The translations under genes and the position numbers were made by a program. Positions 1 through 15,000 of a stretch of 64,000 bases of DNA are shown piece by piece. Source of the DNA: Marsupella aquatica (Eukaryota; Plantae; Marchantiophyta). Every line of letters starts with the position of its first letter. Positions within the stretch are counted from its first letter, which is position 1. Under the pieces are notes generated by a model. That model saw only the letters and a program-made list of their open reading frames with translations. It did not search any database and had not been told where the DNA came from. The stretch lies in NCBI GenBank assembly GCA_973895155.1, contig OZ316898.1, positions 3,472,480 to 3,536,479 of the forward strand, written 5' to 3'.

Positions 1-121
1 TAGTGATCAATATGACAAACCAATATCTGATTTGGGTTCTTTTCGTGGGTTTTCTAATCAAATGATATTTTCGGGTGTTAAGGATCGTTCATATTGATGG
101 TGGCCTTTTACCCTGTATCAG

Positions 122-2617
<2,496 letters not shown>

Positions 2618-5142
2618 GATCCAGGGCAGCAGATTAGAGGGACGGATATCTAATTCGATTTGGCAGGTTTACAGCACCTTCCTGATGCGAAGAGAGGAGA
2701 GAGGGACTTGACAGTTGAGCAGGGCTTTCCGGGTGCAAATAAGTCTAGGGTGCTTGTGTAAGGTGGTGTTCTTTCTGGAAGCAGTGCACCAAACAGACGG
2801 ATCCTGTAATCCTGTAGAGAATTTTGATCAGCTCTCGATCTCAACTGTTTCAATTTCTTGGATGTTTATTATTTATTAACTACTGTTCTCAATCCAGGTG
2901 TCTTGTGGGTGGTCAGGAACTTGAAGCTACTGTGCACATGCTTACAGATTAAGAGAATCAGATCAGCACTCTGGTTCCACTGTTTCAAGGTTATAAATTA
3001 CTAATATGAATACTGAATTGAATCCAGGTCTGTTCGTGGGAGGTCATGAATTTGATGTACATTTTCGAAACTTACTTTCCTAACCAACTGAATTTGTAAA
3101 GGTGCATAATTGTTTTTTCCGTACTCGCTGTACCAGCTCTAACTTTCAGCTATAACGTTCAGCTTCACTCGTTGGTTCCCCTTCGGTTGTATGAGTGAGT
3201 AGTAATAAATCCAGCTTTAACGTGCAGCTTCACTCCTTGGTCCCTCTTTAGTAATATTTATAAAAAGAAACTCGAAAGAGATTGTTGCGACCTGCAGCGG
3301 AAAAGACCTGGGCAGGATGGCCGTGTGTATAAGAACAGATCACAGAGGTCACTTGAAATCACATGGTCCTTTTGTAGGGTCAGCTTGACGGCCACCCGTT
3401 ATCAGAATGGGATTGGGAACACCGAATGAATGAACTGGAAAATTGCCGTGACCTACATCGGGATTTGGATACAATGTAATAGGCTTTGCACATATAACTT
3501 CACAAGGCTGGGGGTATCTCAAAAGCATCTCAAATGCCCTAGCTTAGTAGCAACGAAGCTATGGCTAAAGCCGCCTAGAGAGCATCTTCTACAAAACATG
3601 AACAAAGGGTATCAAGACCTACTAATTTGAGTAGCGAAGGAGCTAAGGCAAAAGCTCCATGCAGAATATCCAGTATAAAAGAGGAGCAAGGGCTATGAAT
3701 ACCCACTGGTGAACCTAGACGCAACGGAAGACTTCCTGTTGGAAGTAAGAGCTTGAGTGGAATATCTGAACTCAGGATAACGTTGAAGGACTCCATGGCT
3801 CAGGAGAACCTTGAAGGACTCTTTGCATGAATGGTTTCACAGGCTGACAAAAGCTTGATATACTGCTAAGATAATCCAACTTCGTGCAGTCTGCCAAATT
3901 TCAGTCTCCCCAAGACAATTATCGCTTTCTAATCTCACTATTTATGATGACCTCTTCCCTGGGGTGCGCTCTGAACTACAAATTTCAGAATGAGTCTCCT
4001 CCCCCCACCCTCACACCTACTAGAGGTTGCCAACTATAATCCAAAACCGAATCCAAACAATCATTGCCTGAGCATCCACTACAATCCTCATGGCGGCACC
4101 ACCAAACTAAACCCATACTAAACCCTAACAAATGTGGCACACATGCAAACACCTTATACTGTCTACTGTGCATAAGTGGAGGAGACCCTATGTTGCCCTT
4201 AGTATACATGATTTGCCTTGAGTTATAAGTGAAACCACTTGATGTTGCACATACATAAAAAAGTGTGCTATAACGTTAGCTCTGACAACTCAATCTATGA
4301 AACAAACTCACAACAGCATAACTAGAAAGCTACTGTAAACAGGGAAGAAGCCAGGTTGAGATGAAGCTTCCTAAAGCGCACAGCTAACTTCTAGGAGAAG
4401 TGAGACAACTAACTTGAGAGGGCGTTTCAAACCGCAACACTTGATTTTTGAGTATTAGTGTTATCTGATTAGTGCACCATGTGGGGCCATTTATGCATGG
4501 CTGAAAAAGTAGCTCTCAATGACTATACTCTTAGGGTATGAAGGTCCTATGATGGGAAGTGAGTGTGAGAGCTTACCGGATAGGTTCACTATTCACTTAG
4601 ACAAATGAACAATGGCCTGTCATTGGGCTTCATATTTAGTGGCAATTGTGGTTTAAAGACAATAAAACTGAATTTACTTAATGTAGTTTCATAAGATCTT
4701 TTAAGACAAAAGAAATCTGGTTTACTAATATAATGTCATTAAACTTTTCAAAACGAAGTAAAACTGGATTCAATTAATGTAATTTTGTGAAATAGTCCTA
4801 AAAAACTTTGTTACTAGATTGCCAAACCAAAATGTGCAGCTGAGCCCTTGGGGTAGTTTTTGCTCTTTGGTCTTTCTGGTGTTCCATGGTTTAGGGTTTG
4901 CTCCCCCTCTTATGGGTCTCCTGCCTCCCAGTTTGATGCTTTTTGTTCTTTGACATTGCTATATGCTTACTAGCCCAATACCTGAGGTGCATAATGTTGT
5001 TGGTAGACCTGAGTTGAGAGGAAGAGTTGTAGAGCATTAGTGAGATGACCAGACAATCAGACACCCAGTATAATCAACCTGACAACTGGATTTCAAGGAG
5101 TGTGGGAACTGGAGGGAGAATAATGTAGAATGATGTACAGCT

Positions 5143-5395
5143 CTGGCATGGAAGAGGCACACATGAATAAGGTGCAGAGTGGAACTCTTAAGTCCATCTC
5201 ATGGTTAGAAAGGAATATCATCATAATCAAAATGGCCAAGAAGGCTTCCCACTAGAAATACATTTTTATCTTGGCATGGAAGAGGCAGATATGAAGAAGG
5301 TGCACAGTGGAACTTTTAGGTCCACCTCATGGTTTTAAGATACGTAATCTTAATCAAGCGGCCAGGAAGGCTTCCTTCTAGAAAGACATTTTTGT
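5143..5395. repeat. Diverged tandem duplication, two ~130-bp units
   Basis: 'tggcatggaagaggca...gaaggcttcc...tagaaa' occurs at ~5144 and ~5272. Confidence 0.75.
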
Positions 5396-6166
5396 AAACA
5401 GACTGTAAAAAAGAAAGAGGAGATCCCATACGAAGAGAGGGGAATGTGCTATTAAGAAAGAAAGAGTGGGATATCATCATGTTTACATTTAATATTTACT
5501 ACTCTTAACTACTTTGCCACTAAACTTATATGGATGACAACTTTTACCAATGTAACCAAGTAAAATAGTGATATAATTGTAAACAATCAGTAACAAAATT
5601 GTAAACAAGCCTGAATGCACATTCTTTGCATGTTAATAGGGATTTTGACAAATCATGCACATAATCATTTTACTAATTTATTTTATCATACATAATATCC
5701 CATCATTCTTTCCATCACATAAAATGTGGTGGGGCTTTAGAGGTTTCATTCTAGGAGCCTAGACCCCAACTCTAGCTAGGTTTTCATTCTATTTTTTTTA
5801 TACTATATATCACACTGCAAAAGAACAAGAGGTGCCCAAAAGGGGAGACAGGTCCAACAGGCAAAAGGCCCAATTAAGGAGAGGCCATTTATTAGTAAGA
5901 TTGAGACATCTTTAGTGACAATGTACTTAAAAGCTAATATTAAATAGTTAATAAGCTCCACATCGAACCAAAGAAAGTAGAGTAGTTGAGTAGTGTAGTT
6001 AACCTTTGAACGAGGTCGAAAGAACAGAACAGAGCTCTCGACAAGACACGAAGAAACTCTACAGTAGCGGAGTTCGAGAGTGTGAGAGTCGACACAGAGC
6101 CAGAATTTTCTTACTTGTGCTGAACAACAATGTGAGCGCGGCTTGGGACGACGCTGTGAGGATGCT

Positions 6167-9100
6167 ATGGCGAACCGGACCGACCCTACTGCTCGCAGCG
6201 TCCATGGCACCAATCCGCAGAACCTCGTGGAGAAGATTCTGCGTTCCAAAATCTATCAGAACACGTACTGGAAGGAGCAATGCTTCGGTCTCACCGGTAC
6301 GGTAACCCAAATCGATTCTTTTTCGAGTTTGTTTGATTTAATTGCTCGGGTGATTTCTTGCCGGGTCAGCTCAGAGGTTATGGTAGTTCGATCAGTTCGA
6401 CGGTTTGTTTGGTCAATGAAATTTGTTGGGGAGGGGCCGTGGCAGTGCCGAGCCGAGCTACTTAGGGTTTAACATCCTTTGATAGTGGATCAGTTTCCGT
6501 GTAAATAGAAGGAGAAATGCTTCGGTCTTAGCGGTACAGTACCTTGAATCGGTTTCGAGTTTGTTTGATTCAATCTTGGTGATTGTTCACAGTGCCAGCT
6601 AGGGTTTTGGTAATTGGGTTAGTTCGACGCTTTGGTGTTTTTCTCTATGGGAAGGGCCGTGACAATGCCAAGCCCTTGCCAAGTAGGGTTTTAGATCCCT
6701 TTGTACTTGACGAGTTCCACGTGAGAGTGGTGCAGTTTACTCGCATTGGCTTTTAAATGGACTGGAGCATGAATTTGGAAGACCCAATTGAAGCTTTATG
6801 TTCTCAAATGAATTAGTAGCACGGGAATTGAGTAGTTGTTGTGCATGAAATAAACGAACGGATTTGCATTGCAGCCGAAACACTCGTTGACAAGGCAATG
6901 GAGCTGGACCACTTTGGTGGCACGTTCGGAGGCAATAGAAAGGCCACACCGTTTATGTGCCTCATATTGAAAATGCTTCAAATACAACCCGAGAAGGAGA
7001 TCGTTGTCGAGTTCATAAAGAACGAGGACTACAAGTAAGTTCTTATTTCTTGCTTGATAAAATTTTCTAGATGGCTGACATAGAATAGAGGAGCTTTTCG
7101 CTGTGTAGATGAGTGGCTCTGTTTTAGGTTTAGAAATTTCAAGAAAGTATCAGACATTGCGAATATTCTGAAATGATGAGAAATTCAGCTTCAACCCTAA
7201 ACTTCATCCTGTGCTTGTTGAGCTTTCTTTAGACAATAGATTGCAATGCCGATTGTTCATGGTAAGGCTCGCTGGTGAATCAGGTACGTTCGAATATTGG
7301 GTGCCTTCTATCTGCGTTTGGTTGGCAAACCCACTGATGTTTATCACTACTTGGAGCCTTTATACAACGACTACCGCAAGCTGCGTCGAAAACTAGCCGA
7401 TGGAAGTAAGTGAAATTCTTGGGTCCTTCAGAGTTGTATGCCTTGATGGCTTATCTAAGTGGCGTTTGAATAGGAGTTGATGATGAACTGGACGTATTCT
7501 TACATGATGACATGGGTAGAGGAATCCTCAAAGGCCCCTTCATCCATGTAACTTCAGACTGCAGTCCCTTAGATTTCTCAGCATCCGGTGATCATGCTAT
7601 GTTGAAATTCAACTCCCTAGGACCTAAGAGAAATTATGTGAATTAAATGAAACATTTATCCAAAGGTTCCACACGGGCTGAGGAGTGTAGATAGTGGGCT
7701 CATGTTGAGTCACAAGGAGTGAAGACCAAACCTTGCTGGACAGACACTGATTAGGGTTGTGCTTGCTTTAAATTCTCTTATCTGTACTGAGCTCCTTCGT
7801 ACTAGCATTACCTCACTCGTGGATAATGAATTGTTTTTGCCTTTGCATGTTCAGTGACCGAGAGGAGCGCATCTCAATCTTAATACTCAAGTTCGGAGGT
7901 TATGTTGTGTTGTGTGCAGGCTATACTTTGGGGCATGTAGATGAATTCATTGATGAACTACTAACGACCGAATATAGCTGTGACATTGCACTCCCCCGTG
8001 TTCCTAAAAGGTAGTGATTCAGTCTTATCTTCGGCGCAATCGTTAGTTCTTTTTGTGTGAATGCTTTCATAAGTAAATACTGAAATTTTCAAAGGTTTTT
8101 CATTTTGGTGTGTGTGCTATCTGTCGTCATCAGGTGGACGCTGGAAGGCAGTGGCGTCTTAGAACCCAGAAGGAGTGCTCTGGAGGATGACTTTGAAGAA
8201 GAAGAGGAAAAAGAAGAGGAAGAGGCTGCCGCTGGGACTGTGGAGCCAGTCGTTCACGAGAGGGTAAGTTGTTCAAGAACCCGGCAAATGGAGCAGAGTA
8301 GTTCGTTTCTAAAAAATTCAGGCTCCCTGCAATGGAGTGAATGATGGTCCGTCGTGTCCATCAGGGAGAATTCTGAGTCACGACTGTATTTGGTCATGTC
8401 CTTCCTGTGGTGCAGGAGCGTAGAAGCAGAAGCCCAGTAAAGGAAAGGGAGAGGGAGAAAGACAGGGATCGTGATCGCTATCGTGACTACAGGTATGTCC
8501 TTCACAACATCACTTTTCACGGGTAATTTCATAAAGACTGTCTCGTTCAAGGAAGTCTCCAGAGAGTCTTTCTTCACATAGAGTAGGCATTCTCCTGTTT
8601 CCCAAACTGGGTGCCTCCCATTTGAAAACTAAAAGGACTTGGATTTGATACTCGTCCTGGTGCGGTATGTTATTTTAGGGATCGAGATAGAGATCGTGAT
8701 CGCGACCGTGACCGTGCTAGAGATTACGATAGGGACAGAGACAGAGACAGGGGCCGAGATCGGGATCATGATAGGTACAGAGAACGGGAGAGGGAGAAAG
8801 AAAGAGATCTCTACCACAGAGACAGGGATAGGGACAAAGAGAGAGATTACAGGCGTGACAGAGAACGGTATAGAGACAGGGACAGAAGGAGGACCTCCCG
8901 TAGCAGAAGTAGGGAGAGAAGGGACCGGGATCATGATATGCGGTCAGTGTCCCCTGTTGAGAGGAAAAAGCGATATCGCAGTCCCAGCCCTGCCCAACCT
9001 CGCAGGCGGCGAGCTGACAACGATGAAGATGGTGAGCATAGGGGTAACAAGGAGGACGAGGAGAAGAAGAAGAAGGTCAAGGATAAGGACAAGAAAGAAA

Positions 9101-9201
9101 AGAAGGAGCCTGCTGCAGACGGCACAGATCATGCAGACCCTGAAATTGCAGAGGCAAATAGAATCCGTGCCTCATTGGGGCTGAAACCGCTCCGGGTATG
9201 A
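6167..9201 (+). CDS. PRP38: Pre-mRNA-splicing factor 38 (PRP38A-like) with an RD/RS-rich C-terminus. Exons 6167-6296, 6875-7034, 7284-7405, 7920-8010, 8134-8263, 8416-8492, 8679-9201
   Basis: [54 protein letters not shown]...[41 protein letters not shown]; C-terminal [19 protein letters not shown]; GT-AG introns keep the frame. Confidence 0.96.
6273..6720. repeat. Tandem duplication (~238-bp period) of the PRP38 exon 1/intron 1 junction
   Basis: ggagcaatgcttcggtctcaccg|gtacggta (6273) versus ggagaaatgcttcggtcttagcg|gtacagta (6511), followed by matching intron sequence. Confidence 0.85.
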
Positions 9202-9956
9202 AGGGCCATTTCTTACAGAAATAGAGATATATCTCCAAATGAAAGGGAGCTCTTATTGACGTCTACAGCGAAGCTTGGCATGTGTGTAAATCTTCTTCTC
9301 ATGCCGTATACACCACAGAGTGAATCGTATTGGCAATGAGCAGATACTTGATTCCTCAGTTTGCAGCTCTAAATCTTCTCACCTTGGCAATTCTCCCAGT
9401 TGGGAGTACTGATTGGCAGCTCTGTCCGTTTAGTTCTTTGGCCTTGATGATGTAACTACAGTAGATGAATGCGCACGTTATTGCTGTAATTTTGTCCTTT
9501 TCATCATATGGCGAGTTTGGCCTTCCTACCCTCCAGTCTGTGTTGTGAATGAATTACCAAGTATTTGTGTTTGCACAGTTGCATCTGAAACATCAGAACA
9601 CGCCCACATCAGAAATTGAACATCTTTTGCGGCTTAATATCAGACTACTTGTCCAAGCGTAGCCTGCAATTTGAAAGGATTGATACACCGTTGTGATGGC
9701 GAGATCTATCCCCTGGTGGAGAAACAGCTGACCTGATAAACGTGGAGACATTTCAGTCGGATTAAAAACATGTCATTCCTCTTCCTGAAAGCAAAACCAC
9801 GAGGCTGTTACCAAATGCACACGAGGTTGTGACCAGAAGTCTATTCACAACTCCATGGATGTAGGAAAAACAACTAATGATAGTGGTGTCTGGTAATGTG
9901 GGCATTCTCGACTCTCAACTGGAAATCGTGGTTGTTCGAAGTGCCCCCTTCTGATC

Positions 9957-10411
9957 TGACCTGGATCCACCAGGGAGCATCCTTTATAGAAGACTTGTAC
10001 TACCGGTAGCATTGTGAAGGAGACATTAATAGAAGATTTCTACTAAAATTGTGGAGGAGACGGTTAGAGAAGATTTGTACTAAAATTGAGGAGACAATTA
10101 AAGAAGATTTGTACTAAAATTGTGGAAGAGACTGGCATAATAGAGGACACATTGGAATGTGGAGAAAAACTCCAACTTGGCACACTTCCTCCATAGAGTG
10201 GTGGCTTGAAGGGACTGTATCTTTAAACCACCACTCTCCATATAAAAGGAGAAGTGTCCAAGACTCATCACTTTTTCACATTGCTCTCCTCTAGCATGAG
10301 ACTTTGCTCCACAATTTTAGGAAAAGTATACTAAAAATGGTGAAACCTGGTGTAACCAGGTTTTGTCATAGACAGTGGCGCTTTAAAGCAAAACCTGGTG
10401 GATCCAGGTCA
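9957..10411. mobile_element. MITE-like element with perfect 18-bp terminal inverted repeats
   Basis: TGACCTGGATCCACCAGG at 9957-9974 and CCTGGTGGATCCAGGTCA at 10394-10411; internal ~35-bp tandem repeats. The right end is locally re-duplicated (10502, 10603). No clear TSD. Confidence 0.6.
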
Positions 10412-10869
10412 CTATAATTGGTCAATAGTGTTTCTAGCAAAGTAAAAAAGGGGAGAAAAAATGGGAAATGATGCTCATATCAATGTCCCCAAACAATATC
10501 TCAGGTCACTATAGTTGGTCAATAGTGTTTCTAGCAAAGTAAAAAAGGGGAGAAAAAGTGGGAAATGATGCTCCCATGGATCACTGTCCCCAAACAAAAG
10601 ATGGTGGATCCAGGTTACTATAGAATGTTCTTAACAAGTAACAAGTATTGGGAAATGAGGCTCTAATGGCCCAAGCCCCTGAACCATGCAACCCCCCATT
10701 AAGTGCAGATCAGCTCTTCCTGGGCTCACTAATGTGGTTTGAGATGATCTTTCTAACACTAGTGTTTTTTTCATTATCACGAATAATTGAGAGAGTTACA
10801 AATCTTACTAATAATTTGCCAACAGAAGCTACATTTAAGGCCCCTGGTCTAGAGCAAATCGCAGTCTAG

Positions 10870-11830
10870 ACAGTGACTCTACTCTAAATCATCAAATACA
10901 GGGAATGATGAATCAAAACAGCCAGAAAATCTTTTTTCTGCAAGGTACTTTTTTGTCATCATCTCTCTCTTTTCAGTGACTCTACTCTAAATCATCAAAC
11001 ACAGGGATTGATGAATCAAACAGCCAGATTTTTTATTTTTTCTGCAAGGTACTTTCTTGTCATCATCACTCTCTTTTCATTCAAGGGAAGGGCAGTCAAG
11101 GCTAATTTCTAAGTATTACAGTCCACATTTTGCACTTAAGAAAGTTTTTGAGCAGCTAACTTTGACATTCACTATCTCCCCCCATGGAATCACATTTTCC
11201 CCTGATCTTCCAATGAACCTAATGTAGCCCAATTTCTTTGAGAATTGAGCAGACCTGCAAATTTCCAAATATGACCTTTCTTTTCCTTTGTCACATTTCA
11301 CTTGTGCAATGTAGACTATACAAGCAGAAAAGATAGTTCTGCTCCAATCCATCTGAGTTGCAAAAGTCTATCAGGAAAATTAGGCAGGCCTGGAGGTCCA
11401 TTCAAGCTTCAATTTCACATAAGGTGACTAACACAGCTTTGGGAACAGCTACAAATTTCCAAACATGACTTTTTGGTTTTCTTGTCACATGTCATTTGTG
11501 TATCGTATACTATATGAGCAGAAAAGAGAGTTTTGCTAGCGTCCATCCGCGTCGCGAAAGTCTATCCTACTAATTTAAGCAGGCATGGAGGTCCATCCAG
11601 GCTTCAGTTTCACTAAAGGTGACCATTACAGCTTTAGTGAACAGCTACACATTTCCAAAGATGACCTCTTGGCTTTCTTGTGACATTTCATCTGCCAAAT
11701 ATATATCATATGAGCAGAGAGAGGGTTTCACTGCGGTCCATCCTGGGTACAAAAGTCTATCCGCGAATTTAGGAAGACGTGTAGGTACATCCGAGTTTCT
11801 CGTGACTACCACAGCTTTGGGGATAGTGGG
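10870..11830. repeat. Tandem duplications upstream of SNAPC3: 2 x ~105 bp (10870-11080) and 3 x ~190 bp (11255-11830)
   Basis: 'cagtgactctactctaaatcatcaaa' occurs twice; the 'atttccaaa.atgac...aaaagtctat' block occurs three times. Confidence 0.75.
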
Positions 11831-12066
11831 GGTTTAAGAAATCACCCACTGATGCATACTGAAGTTGTAGATCACTAGAGTCGCAGTTTTTTGGACTCTC
11901 AGCTGAATTGTGTGTCGATGATATAGTTCCTTACAATCTTCTCTGAATGGCCTCGAGACAACTTTCTTGACCCACGCTGTTTCCCACGCACATGTGTTGA
12001 TTTTGTGGAGCCCCAGATTTTCGAAATTGGAAGTTTGGTGGGAAATTCAGTGAACAAGAATTGGCG

Positions 12067-15000
12067 ATGGAGGAAGAGGATGATGAGGCAGCAGAGGAGG
12101 AGATGCTGTTCTGTGATGACATCGACAGCTCTGCACTCTCTGGCCCAGCTGGAGAAGAGGGCTCGGCTCCGGCGCAGGATTTATTAGAGGATTCGAGAGT
12201 TGATCTGATTGGTGGCACCAATGGAGGAGGACGAGGAGTGGGCGGACGCTGTGGCGCCCCTGGAGGTCCGCTGGCCGTTCCCGGGTTTGTGTCAGGGCGC
12301 ATCAATGTCCAGGATTTCCAAGAGTCCTGCAGCTCTCTTCTATCGGTGGGTTCAACTTTTATTTTTCCTCCCGCTCTGTCGAATTGAGGATGATTCGCTG
12401 TGGATGATAAGCTTGGGAGTTCTTCAGTTGGCCTACATTTTTGTTGAAATTCTAAGGCTGCAATTCCAGCCCCAAAACCCTAAACCCCAAATCCTGCAGC
12501 TCTCTCTTTTATCGGTGAGTTAATTCTCAATATTTTTTTTCCTCCGGACCATGTCGAATTGGGGATGATTGTGCGTGTGAATTCTTCAAGTGGCCTACAG
12601 TTTTGTTAAAGTTCTAATGCTACAATTCCTAACCTAGACGCGAAACCCCACGTCCTCCAGCTCTCTTTGTCGCTGAGTGAATATTTTTCTCCACCTCCTC
12701 ATTATGTCGAATTGAGGTGATTCACTACGGACGATAAGCTCGGGATCGATTTCTATTGAAATTCGAAGGCTTCAATTCCTAGCCTAAAACCCTAAACCCT
12801 AAGACCTGCAGCTCTCTTGGATCAGTGAGTGAATTGTTTAATTTTATTTTCTCCTGAATATGTCGCATGGAGGATGATGCATTGTGCATGATGAGCTGGG
12901 CGCTCTTCAATTGGCCTACATTTTCGGTGAAATTCTAAGGCTGCAATTGCTACCACGGTATAGGAGCAATGGACTGTTGTTCTTTTGTTTTTTGGATCTG
13001 ACTCTCTCAGTGTGTTGGGAACATCTGTATGCTGATGGCGATGACTTTGTTCACGTGGCAGGCAGTGAAAGCAGAGCTAAATGATATTTCAATTGAAGAT
13101 GACAACGTTGATGTTTCGTGAGTTCCCTCCCGTTGATTCCTCTGCTGTCAGGAAATTTTTAGGGGGCTTGGTGTCCGTCCATGTTTCCAATCACAACTGG
13201 ATGATCTATACAAGTAAAGGGAACAAAGATTCTGATCTTGCAGCTTTCCCTTTTGGCTATACTTCCGTCACAGTATGCTTCTTGAAGAGTCGTTTCTTAT
13301 ATATCATTCTCTTGTGACTTACTTCCAAGATATGAAATTAATCAGTTTTTTCTGTGTTCCTGACATGATCAGATTTGCTTGTGTTGCTGATTTCTAGTTA
13401 CGGAATGGATATTAAGGTTTTGTGCTTATCTCGTGGCAGGATTGATGATCTTAAGATTATGACAGATTCTGTTCTAGTTGAGAAAGCATTGGCTGAAATA
13501 CTTGAGGTACACCATGACTTGTTTAACCGTTGTACTCTCAGTTTCTACGGTTTTTTACGTTCTTGTACTGAAGGTCCCTCGCCCATCCTTAAGAATCAAT
13601 GGACTGTCAACTCGAATTAATCCAATTCTTAGAGTCATTTTTCATGTGAATGCTCAGAAATTCCAGTTAGTAAAGTTTGACTGTTCTCTTGTCCAGGGAC
13701 AGGATTCCCTTTCAAGATTAGCTATTGTGCCTACCGGGAACCCGGGACAAGGAGAGCAAAGCATTGGTAAGCATATATTGTAATATCCTGAGCTATGCCT
13801 CTGAACTTCTGTTGTGGTATCTAGACGCATCACTCATATTGAGGATGTAATTGTCTTAATCTCCTAATCGATCCTCCATTTTCCATGTAAGATTCCGAAG
13901 GATGGCCTGTATGTTTTATATGGACTATTTCATGATGAAGGTCTGTTTGGATTTGGGTTTAGTGCAAGGTTGATATAGTGGGTTGCCAAAGCAGAAGATG
14001 CCCAAGCGGACCACCTACAGATGAACTCGACATATGATGTGCGGTCTGAGGAACTGAGAGAAAGTGAGGAGCAAGAGTCACACGCCATAGGCAGTGGAAG
14101 CAGGAAACAGGAGTTCAACTTCTCAGTACCACCAAAGACTGGAAAGAAGCGAGGGAGGCCTTTTGACCGAGACCGACGAGCTGCGCAGCTGATGGTATTG
14201 ATTAAATGGTGTATTAAAAATTTAGCAACCGATCTAATTTCATTACAGAGGGAATGCTAAGGCCGTGCAGAGACTTCTAGCTGCTTCACTAGAATATAGA
14301 TCAAATAGAGAGGGTACTGTCTGCTCCTTTTCACGCCTTTTTGTTGTCGCCAAGCAGGACATCACAGATGCCAGACGCAAGGAAGCTTTGACAAGAATGA
14401 AGAAAGAGAGGGACGATGCTCGAGAGAAGGCTCCTCTGCATAGTTTAAGGTAGTTCATGTCTAATCTTGATTTACAAGCTGACAAATGTCCTCCTTCTAG
14501 TCCTTGTTAAGCTTTCAACCTGTAGACTAGTGGGGGTTGAGGCTGCAACCTTTACGTCTCTGAGGGTGCAAAAAAGAGGGCAACGGTGAGAACTGTGGCG
14601 TTGACATTTCCTGCGTCCAATCTGTATCGTAGGGCGAAGAAGGAGCGTGAGGGACTCTATGCCAGGGATCACAGACCTCTACGAACTCTCAAGTTTCTCA
14701 ACTCTATCTTGAAGGTCAGCACGAATTCTCAGAGAAGTTTTTGTAGATATTTCTGAGAAGATCCCTTTGCGGAGTTTGGTGTTAACGTAGGGAGGTGAAA
14801 TGAAAACAATCTCATTTGAACAATAATCTGATCCTTTCATCTGTTTTGATCGCTTCCCAACTGCAAGAAATGCTGACTGACAGCTGAAAATGCTCTATGG
14901 TATGCCTATGGTAGACACCTAAGTTTGCATCCAAGGAGGACTTTAAGCCCATGAATGAGGGAGAAGTACTTCTCACGGTGGAGATATACGACAACATGAA

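Noticed and set aside
8629-9184. Overlapping ORFs rich in IETGTE / PVSVS
   Set aside because: Alternative frames and antisense of the RD-repeat exon of PRP38.
12470-12800. aaaccctaa telomere-like motifs
   Set aside because: Only 1-2 copies each (telo-box-like), part of the local tandem duplication; not an interstitial telomere array.
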